IMG/VR virus record: IMGVR_UViG_3300025771_003046
Source of the DNA: an uncultured virus (IMG/VR IMGVR_UViG_3300025771_003046)
Lineage: Duplodnaviria > Heunggongvirae > Uroviricota > Caudoviricetes
Direction: 5' to 3' (one strand)
DNA length: 64,000 nucleotides
The notes under the pieces were generated by a model that searched no databases, had not been told where the DNA came from, and was given only the letters and a program-made list of their open reading frames with translations. Made by a program: the position numbers and the translations under genes. Positions 27,281-36,694 of the stretch are shown here, piece by piece (the stretch's first letter is position 1; every line of letters starts with the position of its first letter).

Positions 27281-28668
27281 ATAGTATTTTTCCATTTATG
27301 ATATTCTTCTTCCATTTCAGGAAACGTTTTAAGAAAATTAGTTCCACGTCTTCTATCATGCTCATCAACAAATCTAATTAAATTTTTTCTATGATTAATT
27401 ACATGGGGTTTTGTTTCGTGTTCTTCGTCGATGTATGTTGTTATTTCATATATACGTCTAAACTTTTCGGCTTCCCAATTAAAGAATTTCCTATTAGCTG
27501 ATTCGTACCAGCCGTTGTTTTCTATGTTATCGTATACTAAAGAAACCTGATCATATATATATCTTCTAAACTTTGCAGGCATAATATCAACTGCTTGATA
27601 TCCAGGATGTCTCAAATAAGGAACATCAAGTATCATAGGCATGTGCTTAGCCTGCCAACCGCCGTATGTATCTTTAATTTCTAATATATCTTTAATAAGA
27701 TTTTTAAAACTAAACAAACTTAAAAAGTTATATGTTGCCATATTAGTAAATGTACAATTTGGAACTTCAGTTAATACTTTGTTTATATTATCTAACCATT
27801 TGTTGTAGTCTAGTCCGTGTCTAATGTATTCTGCTTGTGCTCCTGTAGCTTCAGCACTTGTAAATATTTTAAATTTCTTAACCTTGCCTTCGCTACAGAT
27901 TATTTTAATTTTTTCCATAAAGCGATTAAACACTCCGTCTGGAACACACATATTACTGTTGACAGCAAACTCTAGGTCTGGTCTAGGATTTTCTATAAGA
28001 TCGTCTAGTACTCGAAATGTATCTTTAGAAAGTAATGGCTCGCCGCCTGTAATACGGAAATGTTTGAGATCCTTTGATACATCGGGCCACCATTTCCAAA
28101 ATGCTTCTACATAAGGATTGTAATCTTTATTTGGAATAGGCATAACACCTTGATCTTTAAGCCAATCAATACCGCCATGCGCAGTTGTAGTTGGATACGG
28201 TCCGTATTTCTGAACTTCTTCCATCCATTTACTACTAACTTGTGGTGAACAGTATGAGCATTTGAAATTACACACACTACTAAAACTTACTTCTAAATAA
28301 CTAGGATTAACATTATCATCCCAAGGTTTTTGAATAATTTCTGGAATATAAGATTCAGCCCAGGGTTCTTTGGACTTATATGTTCTATCACTTATTTCGT
28401 TATTGTCTTCTACACGCCAACAATAGTCACACTCTTTAGGCCTATCACCTTCGAGCATTTGCTTACGTTGTAACTTCTTAAATTTTGTATTATGTAATGC
28501 ACTAGAATTACCTTCTAATTCTTCAACAGGTATTTTGTGAGGTACTGGATGATGACAACTATGCGTCTGTCCGGTATGTAGGTGTAGTGTAACTTGTTTC
28601 CACTTAGCTACACAAAAACTGCAACTAACAGGATCTAGATTTTCTTTTTTCCATACTTCAGGTGTCAT
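27277..28668 (-). CDS. Radical SAM protein with N-terminal Twitch-like Cys cluster
   Basis: FCVAKW...SCHH...ECDYCW precede VCNFKCSYC and ITGGEPLL; GAGGA before ATG 28668. Confidence 0.9.
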   Translation of the reverse strand: MTPEVWKKENLDPVSCSFCVAKWKQVTLHLHTGQTHSCHHPVPHKIPVEELEGNSSALHNTKFKKLQRKQMLEGDRPKECDYCWRVEDNNEISDRTYKSKEPWAESYIPEIIQKPWDDNVNPSYLEVSFSSVCNFKCSYCSPQVSSKWMEEVQKYGPYPTTTAHGGIDWLKDQGVMPIPNKDYNPYVEAFWKWWPDVSKDLKHFRITGGEPLLSKDTFRVLDDLIENPRPDLEFAVNSNMCVPDGVFNRFMEKIKIICSEGKVKKFKIFTSAEATGAQAEYIRHGLDYNKWLDNINKVLTEVPNCTFTNMATYNFLSLFSFKNLIKDILEIKDTYGGWQAKHMPMILDVPYLRHPGYQAVDIMPAKFRRYIYDQVSLVYDNIENNGWYESANRKFFNWEAEKFRRIYEITTYIDEEHETKPHVINHRKNLIRFVDEHDRRRGTNFLKTFPEMEEEYHKWKNTI

Positions 28669-29587
28669 TATTATCCTCAATTAAAAATGGTTCTTTGTTT
28701 ATTCTTTTTGGCACTTGATAAACTGTTTTAAAAAATTTACTTTGTTGATCACTTAGTGGAGATATTGATATCGGAATATTTAATTCTTTTATCAAAGTTT
28801 TACCTAAATCCTGTATTGTAGACATTAGTGTTTCATCAGTAACTTCTAATTGGTTCCAAAAATTATTCAAATACGAAAAGTCACGTACATTTATAAAGTT
28901 CCAGTCTGTACACATTGTCATATACAACCCCTGTCTTGCACCAAATATCGCCCATAGTCCGTTTTCTACATCTGCACCGATCATTTGCCAAATATAAAGT
29001 CTATGTAAATTTTGCCAATATCCGTCATACAGTTTACTTGTATCAGGCTTCATTCCCTGATCAAGTGACATCTTAACACCTTCACGAAAACCAGCACGCC
29101 ATGCTTGCTGTGGAGTTGCATTATTATACACATCACTAAAAGTAGTATTCATTTGGATATAGCGCATGTCCCAACAAAAGTCAACTTGACCTTGCGGATT
29201 TCCTGGTTCAGCATTTTCATGTGTACGCATATTGAGAACATAACTCTTTGGCCAACATTTAAGTCCGCCATTTCCATATACTAATCCGTTTATAACATTT
29301 TTTCCACACCAGCTAACAACACTATGATCTAACTGTGCTTCAGGTTTAAAATTTATAATTTGTTGTATATAATTAGCATATACTATATTGTCAGCATCTA
29401 CAGTTATAAATCTATCAGTTTCGCTTAATTCTGCGCAAGCCTTGTGTGCAGCATCCGAGCCTTCTACTCCGTGGACACGTTTAGCCCATGGTATTTTACT
29501 ACACAAGTCTGCATAGTTTTTTTCTGCGTTGGGCTCGTCGTAACTTAAAAAGATAACATCATAGTCTGCTACTTTAATTGAATTCAT
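28658..29587 (-). CDS. Putative GT-A fold glycosyltransferase
   Basis: YDVIFLSYDEPNA, GSDAAH, ITVDAD (DxD), YGNGGLK, AGFREGVK. Confidence 0.7.
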   Translation of the reverse strand: MNSIKVADYDVIFLSYDEPNAEKNYADLCSKIPWAKRVHGVEGSDAAHKACAELSETDRFITVDADNIVYANYIQQIINFKPEAQLDHSVVSWCGKNVINGLVYGNGGLKCWPKSYVLNMRTHENAEPGNPQGQVDFCWDMRYIQMNTTFSDVYNNATPQQAWRAGFREGVKMSLDQGMKPDTSKLYDGYWQNLHRLYIWQMIGADVENGLWAIFGARQGLYMTMCTDWNFINVRDFSYLNNFWNQLEVTDETLMSTIQDLGKTLIKELNIPISISPLSDQQSKFFKTVYQVPKRINKEPFLIEDNNDT

Positions 29588-30471
29588 TTTACTACCTCAT
29601 ATCTATAATTACGATAAAGTCGTGGTGTAAATATCGAAAGATTTTCTTCTTCTGATTTGTACATGTACGGAAATATGCACTTTGTCTTGTCTATTAAATC
29701 TTTAATTGGTATTTCAATAGTCCGAATTAGTATGTTAGGATCATCGGGCTCAGTGATAAAAAACATAACAACCTTATCAGTAATTTCCTTGTCTAACAAT
29801 TTTTCATTTACAACAATATCTTTAGTGCTATAAAATTGCCATTGTTTTGCAATATCATTTTTAAAAATATATACACTAGTGTCATCAGACGAATTTATCA
29901 TATACAACTGATTGTCAACTAAAACTTTATGTCCTTTTCTATTTTTTCGTGCCATTAAAGGAATAGATTTTTTATCTACTGATACTATATTTTCAAGAAA
30001 TAGTTCAGCAGTGTCTAACGTATCTTCAACAGTAAAATCTTTATGAAGTTTGTATACATTATTATTAGCCCAAACGTGATCGCCTTTATAAAACAAATCA
30101 GTTGCGTTATGTTTTCTAAAATCTATACCAACGTATATCTTTTCTAGGTTGTCAAATGTATTACCTTTAAATGGAATTTGATAAAGGTAATCTTCAACTG
30201 ATTTTAAAAAACTAGTTGCAACCTCTCTAGCGATTACGTATTCTCTAAGTTGATGATTATATTTTACTACATATTCGCTAATTTTTGCTCTACCTAAAAA
30301 ATATTCTTTTACTTCGTCATGATTAACTTCAATAACATCATAATCGCTATCTATAGGGTTATTTGTAATGTCAAAGACTTCGCCATGTGTTTTTTCAAAA
30401 TACACATAACTTATATCTCCTTGTGCTATTAAACTGTTTAATTTTGTTATTGCATTAATTAAATTAGACAT
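29584..30471 (-). CDS. Hypothetical protein carrying one CBM5/12-like module
   Basis: Internal YVGIDF...FYKGDHVWANNNVYK...GHKVLVDNQLY unit, shared with the insert in the 30464 ORF. Confidence 0.55.
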   Translation of the reverse strand: MSNLINAITKLNSLIAQGDISYVYFEKTHGEVFDITNNPIDSDYDVIEVNHDEVKEYFLGRAKISEYVVKYNHQLREYVIAREVATSFLKSVEDYLYQIPFKGNTFDNLEKIYVGIDFRKHNATDLFYKGDHVWANNNVYKLHKDFTVEDTLDTAELFLENIVSVDKKSIPLMARKNRKGHKVLVDNQLYMINSSDDTSVYIFKNDIAKQWQFYSTKDIVVNEKLLDKEITDKVVMFFITEPDDPNILIRTIEIPIKDLIDKTKCIFPYMYKSEEENLSIFTPRLYRNYRYEVVK

Positions 30472-31897
30472 AAGTTATTTCCTTGTATTTGTTAAATACT
30501 TTTTCGACAAAGTCTTTTTCGGTATAATGCAATATACCATTTTGTACAAAATTTCCTAACTTTAAATTACAATTGTCATCTAAATATACGCCTAATTTAT
30601 CTTGCCACCTATCTGGCGGATTGTTCCAGCCTTGTATCATCGGCTTTAAGTGTGTAAATGTAAGAATATTGTTTTTCTTATTTGTAACTTCTTCTTCTAT
30701 ATTAAGTATTTTTATTGCAATTGCTGCTGCGACATCTATACTCAAATGTCCGGGTGTTTGATTAGGTAGAAACTCTTTCCAAAACTCTTTCCAATTCTTA
30801 CAAATAATTTCTAGTAAATTATAAAAGTTTTTTGCTAGATCTGATTGTTTAAAATAATGTACCCCAACGTATGTGTTAGGCAAATAGTTTTCGGTAAATG
30901 TCTTTCGGTAAAAATCATTTTCAATTACGTTATTATTAAATGTTCTTACTTCAGATGTAAAGAATAAATCTGAATCACTTAACATATTCCACGTACTAGT
31001 AAGATCATTAAACACCATCATATCAGTGTCCATTACAATTGTTTCATCATACGGACTACAGTGATAGATTTTCCATCTATTTTCAACTTTCCAAATAGTT
31101 GTTTCAGCATCATCACCAAAGGGAATAGGAATAATTTTGTCAAACAATATCTCATAATCTGCAGGAACAATATCGTTAGTAATAATTGATATTTTTTCAT
31201 TAGGACTATTTTTACTTAGAGACAGTGCTAATAACACAGCCTGTTTAACATAGTCTACTTGTAGTACAGGATCAACTGTATATAAATTATTATAATAACA
31301 CACTAAATTGCCCGGCCGTGGGTTTTCGAATACTAAACTTTTGTTACTGTCTGCATACAATTTAACTTCTTGATCAATAATAGGCTCGTAATCGTCTTCA
31401 GTAAACTCACTATTTGCTGGTACGTCAACTAAAGCACGCCACACTCTGTTATTATGCCAAACATGTTGACCTGCTAAATGTAAAACTTCTTTATACCAAA
31501 TATCAATGTTAACTCCTTCAAATTGAGGAGTCAGTGTATATAATTGTGTTTCATCTTCTTTACGCACTTCGTAAATATTATTATCAGATAATACAATATT
31601 ATTCTTTTTACACAAGTGATGTACAACAAGATCGTTTTTGTCATAGTGTATATAGACTTCAGGTATTACTAATTTTACATCATCATAATTAAATGTTTTA
31701 GACTGTAAACAAGTATTAACAAATCTAAAGACTTTATTATCATACCAAACATGCTGACCAGATATATAGTCGAGATCCGGATACCATATATCTACATGAA
31801 TACCTCTGTATTGCTCTTCGAGGAAATGATTAGGTATTTGTCTCGATACTCTTTCATAACTATTTTGTGCTAAAACTATTATACCTCTATTGCTCAT
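30464..31897 (-). CDS. GT8-like glycosyltransferase with an inserted tandem repeat
   Basis: DYVKQA, FDKIIP, SPYDETIVMDTDM (DxD), HLKP; about 200-aa insert relative to the 31887 ORF. Confidence 0.7.
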   Translation of the reverse strand: MSNRGIIVLAQNSYERVSRQIPNHFLEEQYRGIHVDIWYPDLDYISGQHVWYDNKVFRFVNTCLQSKTFNYDDVKLVIPEVYIHYDKNDLVVHHLCKKNNIVLSDNNIYEVRKEDETQLYTLTPQFEGVNIDIWYKEVLHLAGQHVWHNNRVWRALVDVPANSEFTEDDYEPIIDQEVKLYADSNKSLVFENPRPGNLVCYYNNLYTVDPVLQVDYVKQAVLLALSLSKNSPNEKISIITNDIVPADYEILFDKIIPIPFGDDAETTIWKVENRWKIYHCSPYDETIVMDTDMMVFNDLTSTWNMLSDSDLFFTSEVRTFNNNVIENDFYRKTFTENYLPNTYVGVHYFKQSDLAKNFYNLLEIICKNWKEFWKEFLPNQTPGHLSIDVAAAIAIKILNIEEEVTNKKNNILTFTHLKPMIQGWNNPPDRWQDKLGVYLDDNCNLKLGNFVQNGILHYTEKDFVEKVFNKYKEITYV

Positions 31898-32729
31898 TAA
31901 TTACTCTTTCTAGACTAAATTTATTCATTATATGAACACTTTTTCCTTTAGTACTTAATGCTAGATATTCTCCTAAGTATTTTGGTCGTTCAACCAAAAA
32001 TTGCATATAATCATCATTAATTTCTAAACATATATCTTTATCAATTGTATAATAATGCGTACCTGGTAATTCTTGTACACAACTATCAAGTCCATCAAAA
32101 CCATTAAGAATATGTGCTGCAATACTAAATGCAAAGTCATTTCTAAATAACGGAGAGTCAATTTGATACACTCGCCTGTAATGAGGCCAATTATCTTGTA
32201 TGTGTGAAATTAGATCAAAGAATATTTTATTTGATTCAGTCTTTGTAAAATATACTACAGTTGCCCAATAAAAATCAACACCACACTCACTTATGTACTT
32301 AAACTCTGCTTCACTACGTGTTCCTGATAAATCTTTTGCATTTTTAAACATCATTAAATCATATTGACTGTCAAAACAGGATTTAAATAAATCATTAGAA
32401 ATAATATAATCTGTATCTAATAACAATGTGCTATCGTATGGAGATAGATCATATGCTTGTGCTCTGCCTGCATTTTTAAAAGGAAGTTTTTTGTGTGTTA
32501 AAGTACCATCAAAGTAAAATCTATTATTCTGGACAACTTCCCATGCTGTAGGAATAATCTTATCAAATATTCCTCGGTCAAAACTTTCTACTAAGTAGTC
32601 TGGAGAATCAGTAACTATACTAGTAGGAATATTTAAATACTTCTGTATACGTTTTGCTAAAAATTGTGCTTGATTTACATAATCAAGCGATCCGTTATTT
32701 CTTGCAAATAGTAATGCGCCTTTAGTCAT
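31887..32729 (-). CDS. GT8-like glycosyltransferase
   Basis: DYVNQA, FDKIIP, SPYDSTLLLDTDY, FRNDFAFSIA, HIMNK. Confidence 0.7.
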   Translation of the reverse strand: MTKGALLFARNNGSLDYVNQAQFLAKRIQKYLNIPTSIVTDSPDYLVESFDRGIFDKIIPTAWEVVQNNRFYFDGTLTHKKLPFKNAGRAQAYDLSPYDSTLLLDTDYIISNDLFKSCFDSQYDLMMFKNAKDLSGTRSEAEFKYISECGVDFYWATVVYFTKTESNKIFFDLISHIQDNWPHYRRVYQIDSPLFRNDFAFSIAAHILNGFDGLDSCVQELPGTHYYTIDKDICLEINDDYMQFLVERPKYLGEYLALSTKGKSVHIMNKFSLERVINEQ

Positions 32730-33075
32730 TTTCTATTAATTTTTCTACCGAACGTTTTTTACCCAATGCTACATAACTGTTATGATAATCGTTAGAAGCT
32801 TCAAAGTAAATATCTAAAATATCTTCTAAAAACTTAGACAAGTCTGGTATCATTACTGGACGATCGTTGTCATCAGTCAAAACAACGTCAGTATCTGCAC
32901 CTTGCTTTACTAGTAAATCTATAAATGTAATTAACTCTCGTGTAATAGTAAACTGAGAACCTTCAGTAAAATATATTAAACTTTCTTTAAACTTTTCTTG
33001 AAGAATACGTTTTTGATTATTGATCGTAACCATATACTTGCTAAAGTCAAGGGCTTTTTCTAATCTTTCGTCCAT
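32722..33075 (-). CDS. Hypothetical protein, possibly a tail-fibre assembly chaperone
   Basis: AGGAGG SD before ATG 33075 (MDERLEKAL...); small acidic helical protein right after the tail genes. Function inferred from position only. Confidence 0.5.
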   Translation of the reverse strand: MDERLEKALDFSKYMVTINNQKRILQEKFKESLIYFTEGSQFTITRELITFIDLLVKQGADTDVVLTDDNDRPVMIPDLSKFLEDILDIYFEASNDYHNSYVALGKKRSVEKLIEND

Positions 33076-33095
33076 ACTACCTCCTGTTAGTGTTA

Positions 33096-33124
33096 AGTAT
33101 AACACAGATTGTTTAGTAAGTCAA
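33096..33124 (-). promoter_or_regulatory. Sigma70-type promoter
   Basis: Minus strand TTGACT-17 nt-TATACT with a TG extended -10, followed by AGGAGG and ATG. Confidence 0.8.
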
Positions 33125-33141
33125 TATGAATATACTTATTA

Positions 33142-34089
33142 TTACAGGTTGCTTGTAGAGTTGTAAGTTGGTGCTGCTACACTTACAGTGGTGACTGTGT
33201 TAGACCCTATTACCATTGTACCATTTGCTCTCAGTACAGACGGTTGTACTGTTAACGTGCCCTGGACGTCTTCGTCAACATCAGTACCTTGTCCATCAAC
33301 GCCGCCTGTATTAACATCGTCAAACACTACGTTAAATCTAATTCTAGAAGTGTTATCTTCTTTTGCTTGAATATAAAAAATGTTACCTGTATACGTTGAT
33401 GCTGTTTTTTGCCATATAGTTTGGTAAGTACTAGTAAGATCATAGTTACCAATACTCGAAGCAGTACCATAGCCTGTGCTGTGTATAGTGCTTGTATAAC
33501 CAAACTCAACGTGTCCAGTTCCGATTATACCCGACCATTCTTGACCCTTTGTAGAGTTATCGCCTGTTTGTGTAGAATCTATTTTCACTCTACTACCTGC
33601 ATTAAAAAATTCTCTACGTGCAGCAGCGTCTGCAAATGTTAGTGTGAATTCATGATTTACAGCACCATTCCATGGAGTTGTTCTGCTATTACTCGAATAT
33701 GAAGTTTCAGAACGTTGACTAGTATGTAGGTCAAATCTATTATTTTCGCAATCAGTCATTAAACCTTCAAGATATATTATGTGAGCTTCTTCAATTTTAT
33801 CAGTATTAGTTGTGTTTGCAAGGTAATCACCAGTTACATAAGGACTTTCAATTGTCCCAAAAGCGGTTGTTCCAATCTGGTGTACTCTTGCTCTTACAAT
33901 ATCGCTATAAATATCTAAATACTGTTGTTCACTAATCAAATCACCGCTAGATGTTGCTGCTACTGTTGTAGAATCAATACTGTTTCCGTAGCCATATGTT
34001 TCGTTAGCACCTGAAGAAGAATCTCCCATTACTGATAATATTCGAGAACGTAGATTGTTATATCGCGTGGCTGTAATAAAGGTAGGCAT
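33142..34089 (-). CDS. Virion structural protein (paralog of the 34134 ORF)
   Basis: ITATRYN.LR.RI..VMG, RARVHQIG, RREFFNAG, IGNYDLT.TYQ; AGGAG before ATG 34089; lies in the tail module. Confidence 0.7.
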   Translation of the reverse strand: MPTFITATRYNNLRSRILSVMGDSSSGANETYGYGNSIDSTTVAATSSGDLISEQQYLDIYSDIVRARVHQIGTTAFGTIESPYVTGDYLANTTNTDKIEEAHIIYLEGLMTDCENNRFDLHTSQRSETSYSSNSRTTPWNGAVNHEFTLTFADAAARREFFNAGSRVKIDSTQTGDNSTKGQEWSGIIGTGHVEFGYTSTIHSTGYGTASSIGNYDLTSTYQTIWQKTASTYTGNIFYIQAKEDNTSRIRFNVVFDDVNTGGVDGQGTDVDEDVQGTLTVQPSVLRANGTMVIGSNTVTTVSVAAPTYNSTSNL

Positions 34090-34133
34090 TGGGACTCCTG
34101 TCAAACTATATCATTATATATAGTTTATTTACT

Positions 34134-35120
34134 TTACAGTGTTGTTATGTTTTGGTAAACTGGTGCAGGAACTTCGATATAAAAGTCAATTAAATCATCA
34201 CCAGTTAGAGTACTTTTTGCTCTTAAATGATTTACACTACTCTTTAAAGTTCCGTCAATTAAATCATCTTCTGCGCCGCTTTCCAAATCATCAAATACAA
34301 TTTTAAATTGTATTTCAGAATCAGAAACTTCTTTTGCATATATTTCCATTAAATTTTGATTATATGTAGGATATATTCCACCATTGCTTAATTTAGTATA
34401 AATTAATTGATAAGAAGTTGTTAAATCATAGTTGCCGATTGCAGAAGGTGTTCCCTGGTCAGTTGTACTAGTATCACTATGGTTAAACTTAACTATACCT
34501 GCTCGTTGTAATAGAACACTCCAGTCATTGCCTTTAGGGGTTGCATAACCTAAATTAGATGTTTCTATTCTAAGTTCACCGCCTGAGTTAAAAAAATGTC
34601 TACGATGACCAGAATTATTAAAAGAAACTTTTACTTCATGTATAAGTTGTCCATTCCATTGAGAAGTTCTAGTGGAAGAAGTACCCAATTCGACTACTGA
34701 CTGAGTCGAATCAACTAAGAATTTATCAGTTTCGATTCTATCCATCATTCTTTCTAGATCAGCAATACCTTTAAATTCAGCATCAGCTCCTGTGCCAGTT
34801 GACTCTTCGCCTATAATATCAATTCCGGCTACAAATTCAAGATTTTTTATTTGATCAGTTATTTCAGAACTTAATAACCCAATTTGGTGTAATCTTGCTC
34901 TTATCAAGTCTTTGTATAAATTATTAAAAGACTGTGCAGTAACATTAACTTGCATATTGCCGCCTGGGATGTTTGTTACTTCTTCACTACTTATAGCACC
35001 ACCATAACCTGAAGCACCTTGTCCATATCCAGTTTGTCCAGCGCCAGTTCCTAAAACTGCTGCTATTCTGTTTTGCAATAGGTTAAACCTTGATGCTGTA
35101 ATTAAATCTCCGACGGCCAT
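34134..35120 (-). CDS. Virion structural protein (paralog of the 33142 ORF)
   Basis: ITASRFN.LQ.RI..VLG, RARLHQIG, RRHFFNSG, IGNYDLTTSYQ. Confidence 0.7.
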   Translation of the reverse strand: MAVGDLITASRFNLLQNRIAAVLGTGAGQTGYGQGASGYGGAISSEEVTNIPGGNMQVNVTAQSFNNLYKDLIRARLHQIGLLSSEITDQIKNLEFVAGIDIIGEESTGTGADAEFKGIADLERMMDRIETDKFLVDSTQSVVELGTSSTRTSQWNGQLIHEVKVSFNNSGHRRHFFNSGGELRIETSNLGYATPKGNDWSVLLQRAGIVKFNHSDTSTTDQGTPSAIGNYDLTTSYQLIYTKLSNGGIYPTYNQNLMEIYAKEVSDSEIQFKIVFDDLESGAEDDLIDGTLKSSVNHLRAKSTLTGDDLIDFYIEVPAPVYQNITTL

Positions 35121-35131
35121 TTATCTTTCCT

Positions 35132-36655
35132 TTATACCTTAAGAACACATTCTACTAATTTTTCGCCCTCATCGTTATTTGTTTCTAGTGCTATGCCTAC
35201 CATTGCCGTTGAAGCAATAGTTGTACATACACCTTCTGCCCAAGCATACACTGCCATACCCTTTGAAACTGGACCTTTTACTCTTACTGGTAAACGTCCT
35301 TTAAGTCCAATATATTGCCCTTCTGCTTCTGAATTCATCATAAGCGCAGGATCTGTTGATACAACACCAATACAGAATGAACTTGCGCTTGCTGGCTCTA
35401 CTTCATGATCCGGATGTCCACATACTGCAACTGCTGTGCCTGCTGGTAATTCTTCAGCAGTGGTATATTTCTCTGCAAGGTCAGCAAATTGTGCTTGTGT
35501 TGCTGTACCATGAAAAACATTTGCTGTAATGTCACCGCTTGCATCTCTTGCGGCAATTGTATTTCCGCCAGCAGTGACTGTTGCTGTTTGGTGACTAGGT
35601 GCGCCTGCTGCAGGATCATTTACTTTAAGATTAGTTGCTTTATCAGATTCGCCTCTAAAGTTTACAGCATGTACTTCTGCCCATTGTAATGTAGGCGATC
35701 CTAAATCAGTTACATTGTCTAATACCGGAACTACTGCTGGGTGTGTAATTTTTGCTACATCAGTTAGTGTACCTGAAGCGTTTGTTGTTTTAAAAATTAT
35801 TTCACTGTTACTACCATTATTGTTTGATAGTACACCAGCACCGCTTTGTGTAGATAGACCAAAAATTCCATCTATAGTTGCACTAGGTGCTGTTAGTGTT
35901 GCAGAAAAGTTAGCTGCGGCACTTAGTGCATATGCACTTGCTGCAACGCCACCTAGTTTTTCTGCATTAGAAGCAGTACCATGGTAAACATAATCATTTC
36001 CGGCTACATTAGTACTATTTGTAACACCGTTGTCTGAATCTAAAGTATATTTTAGGGTTGTACCTTTTTTAATTTTATCAAAGCCGGCAATAGGATTAAG
36101 TGATCCTAAAGTAAATTCTTCGTTACTTATAATATACGAAGTTTGATCATTAATTACAGCTTTAATAATAGTTTTTGTAGCACCTAACGTATCAATTACT
36201 TGTTCACTTACCATGTTAGTAATACCTGAACCAGCAGACTGAGGACCAACTAGGGTATATTGATTATCTCCTGCTGTACCGTTATGCACATATAACTGAT
36301 TGTTTACTTCGTCCCACCAAAAATCACCTTTAACAAGTGTACTAGGTGCACTTGATGCGATCTCAGAACCGCCTGTTGATTTCCAATATCCAATACCTGG
36401 TAATGCGCCAGGAGTAGCAACAAAATATTTTAGTTTACTATTTGTAGAATCGTACCATAACTGCCCTCTAATTGCTCTAGTTGGTGCGTTTCCGCCTGCA
36501 AAGTTTTCTAACAAGAACAATAAGTTCTCGTTTTGGATCTCTCCGTACCCTGCGTAGTTTTTACCAATAAATTTGATATTGGTTGTTTGATCTATAGTTC
36601 CATCTTCTACTGTTGTTAACAGTGAATTGTCGAATCTATCAATTTGATAAGCCAT
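35132..36655 (-). CDS. Tail fibre protein with C-terminal Peptidase_G2-like autocleaving chaperone
   Basis: Shared N-terminus GYG...LLENFA...GQLWYD; C-terminal ADLAEKY...IGVVSTDPA...GLKGRLPVRVKG. Confidence 0.8.
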   Translation of the reverse strand: MAYQIDRFDNSLLTTVEDGTIDQTTNIKFIGKNYAGYGEIQNENLLFLLENFAGGNAPTRAIRGQLWYDSTNSKLKYFVATPGALPGIGYWKSTGGSEIASSAPSTLVKGDFWWDEVNNQLYVHNGTAGDNQYTLVGPQSAGSGITNMVSEQVIDTLGATKTIIKAVINDQTSYIISNEEFTLGSLNPIAGFDKIKKGTTLKYTLDSDNGVTNSTNVAGNDYVYHGTASNAEKLGGVAASAYALSAAANFSATLTAPSATIDGIFGLSTQSGAGVLSNNNGSNSEIIFKTTNASGTLTDVAKITHPAVVPVLDNVTDLGSPTLQWAEVHAVNFRGESDKATNLKVNDPAAGAPSHQTATVTAGGNTIAARDASGDITANVFHGTATQAQFADLAEKYTTAEELPAGTAVAVCGHPDHEVEPASASSFCIGVVSTDPALMMNSEAEGQYIGLKGRLPVRVKGPVSKGMAVYAWAEGVCTTIASTAMVGIALETNNDEGEKLVECVLKV

Positions 36656-36680
36656 ATTCTGTACCCCTAAATGCTATTAT

Positions 36681-36687
36681 TATTTAT
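36681..36687 (-). promoter_or_regulatory. Late-promoter box ATAAATA
   Basis: Intergenic, upstream of ATG 36655. The same TAAATA core occurs at 34126-34131, 41581-41587, 59364-59370, 59837-59842 and 62831-62836. Confidence 0.6.
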
Positions 36688-36694
36688 CGTATCT

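Noticed and set aside
670..33075. DNA hypermodification cluster as the primary explanation
   Set aside because: No dNMP hydroxymethylase, nucleotide kinase, DNA polymerase or DNA-base transferase was recognised, and the neighbours are tail genes. Downgraded rather than excluded, since such genes could lie elsewhere.
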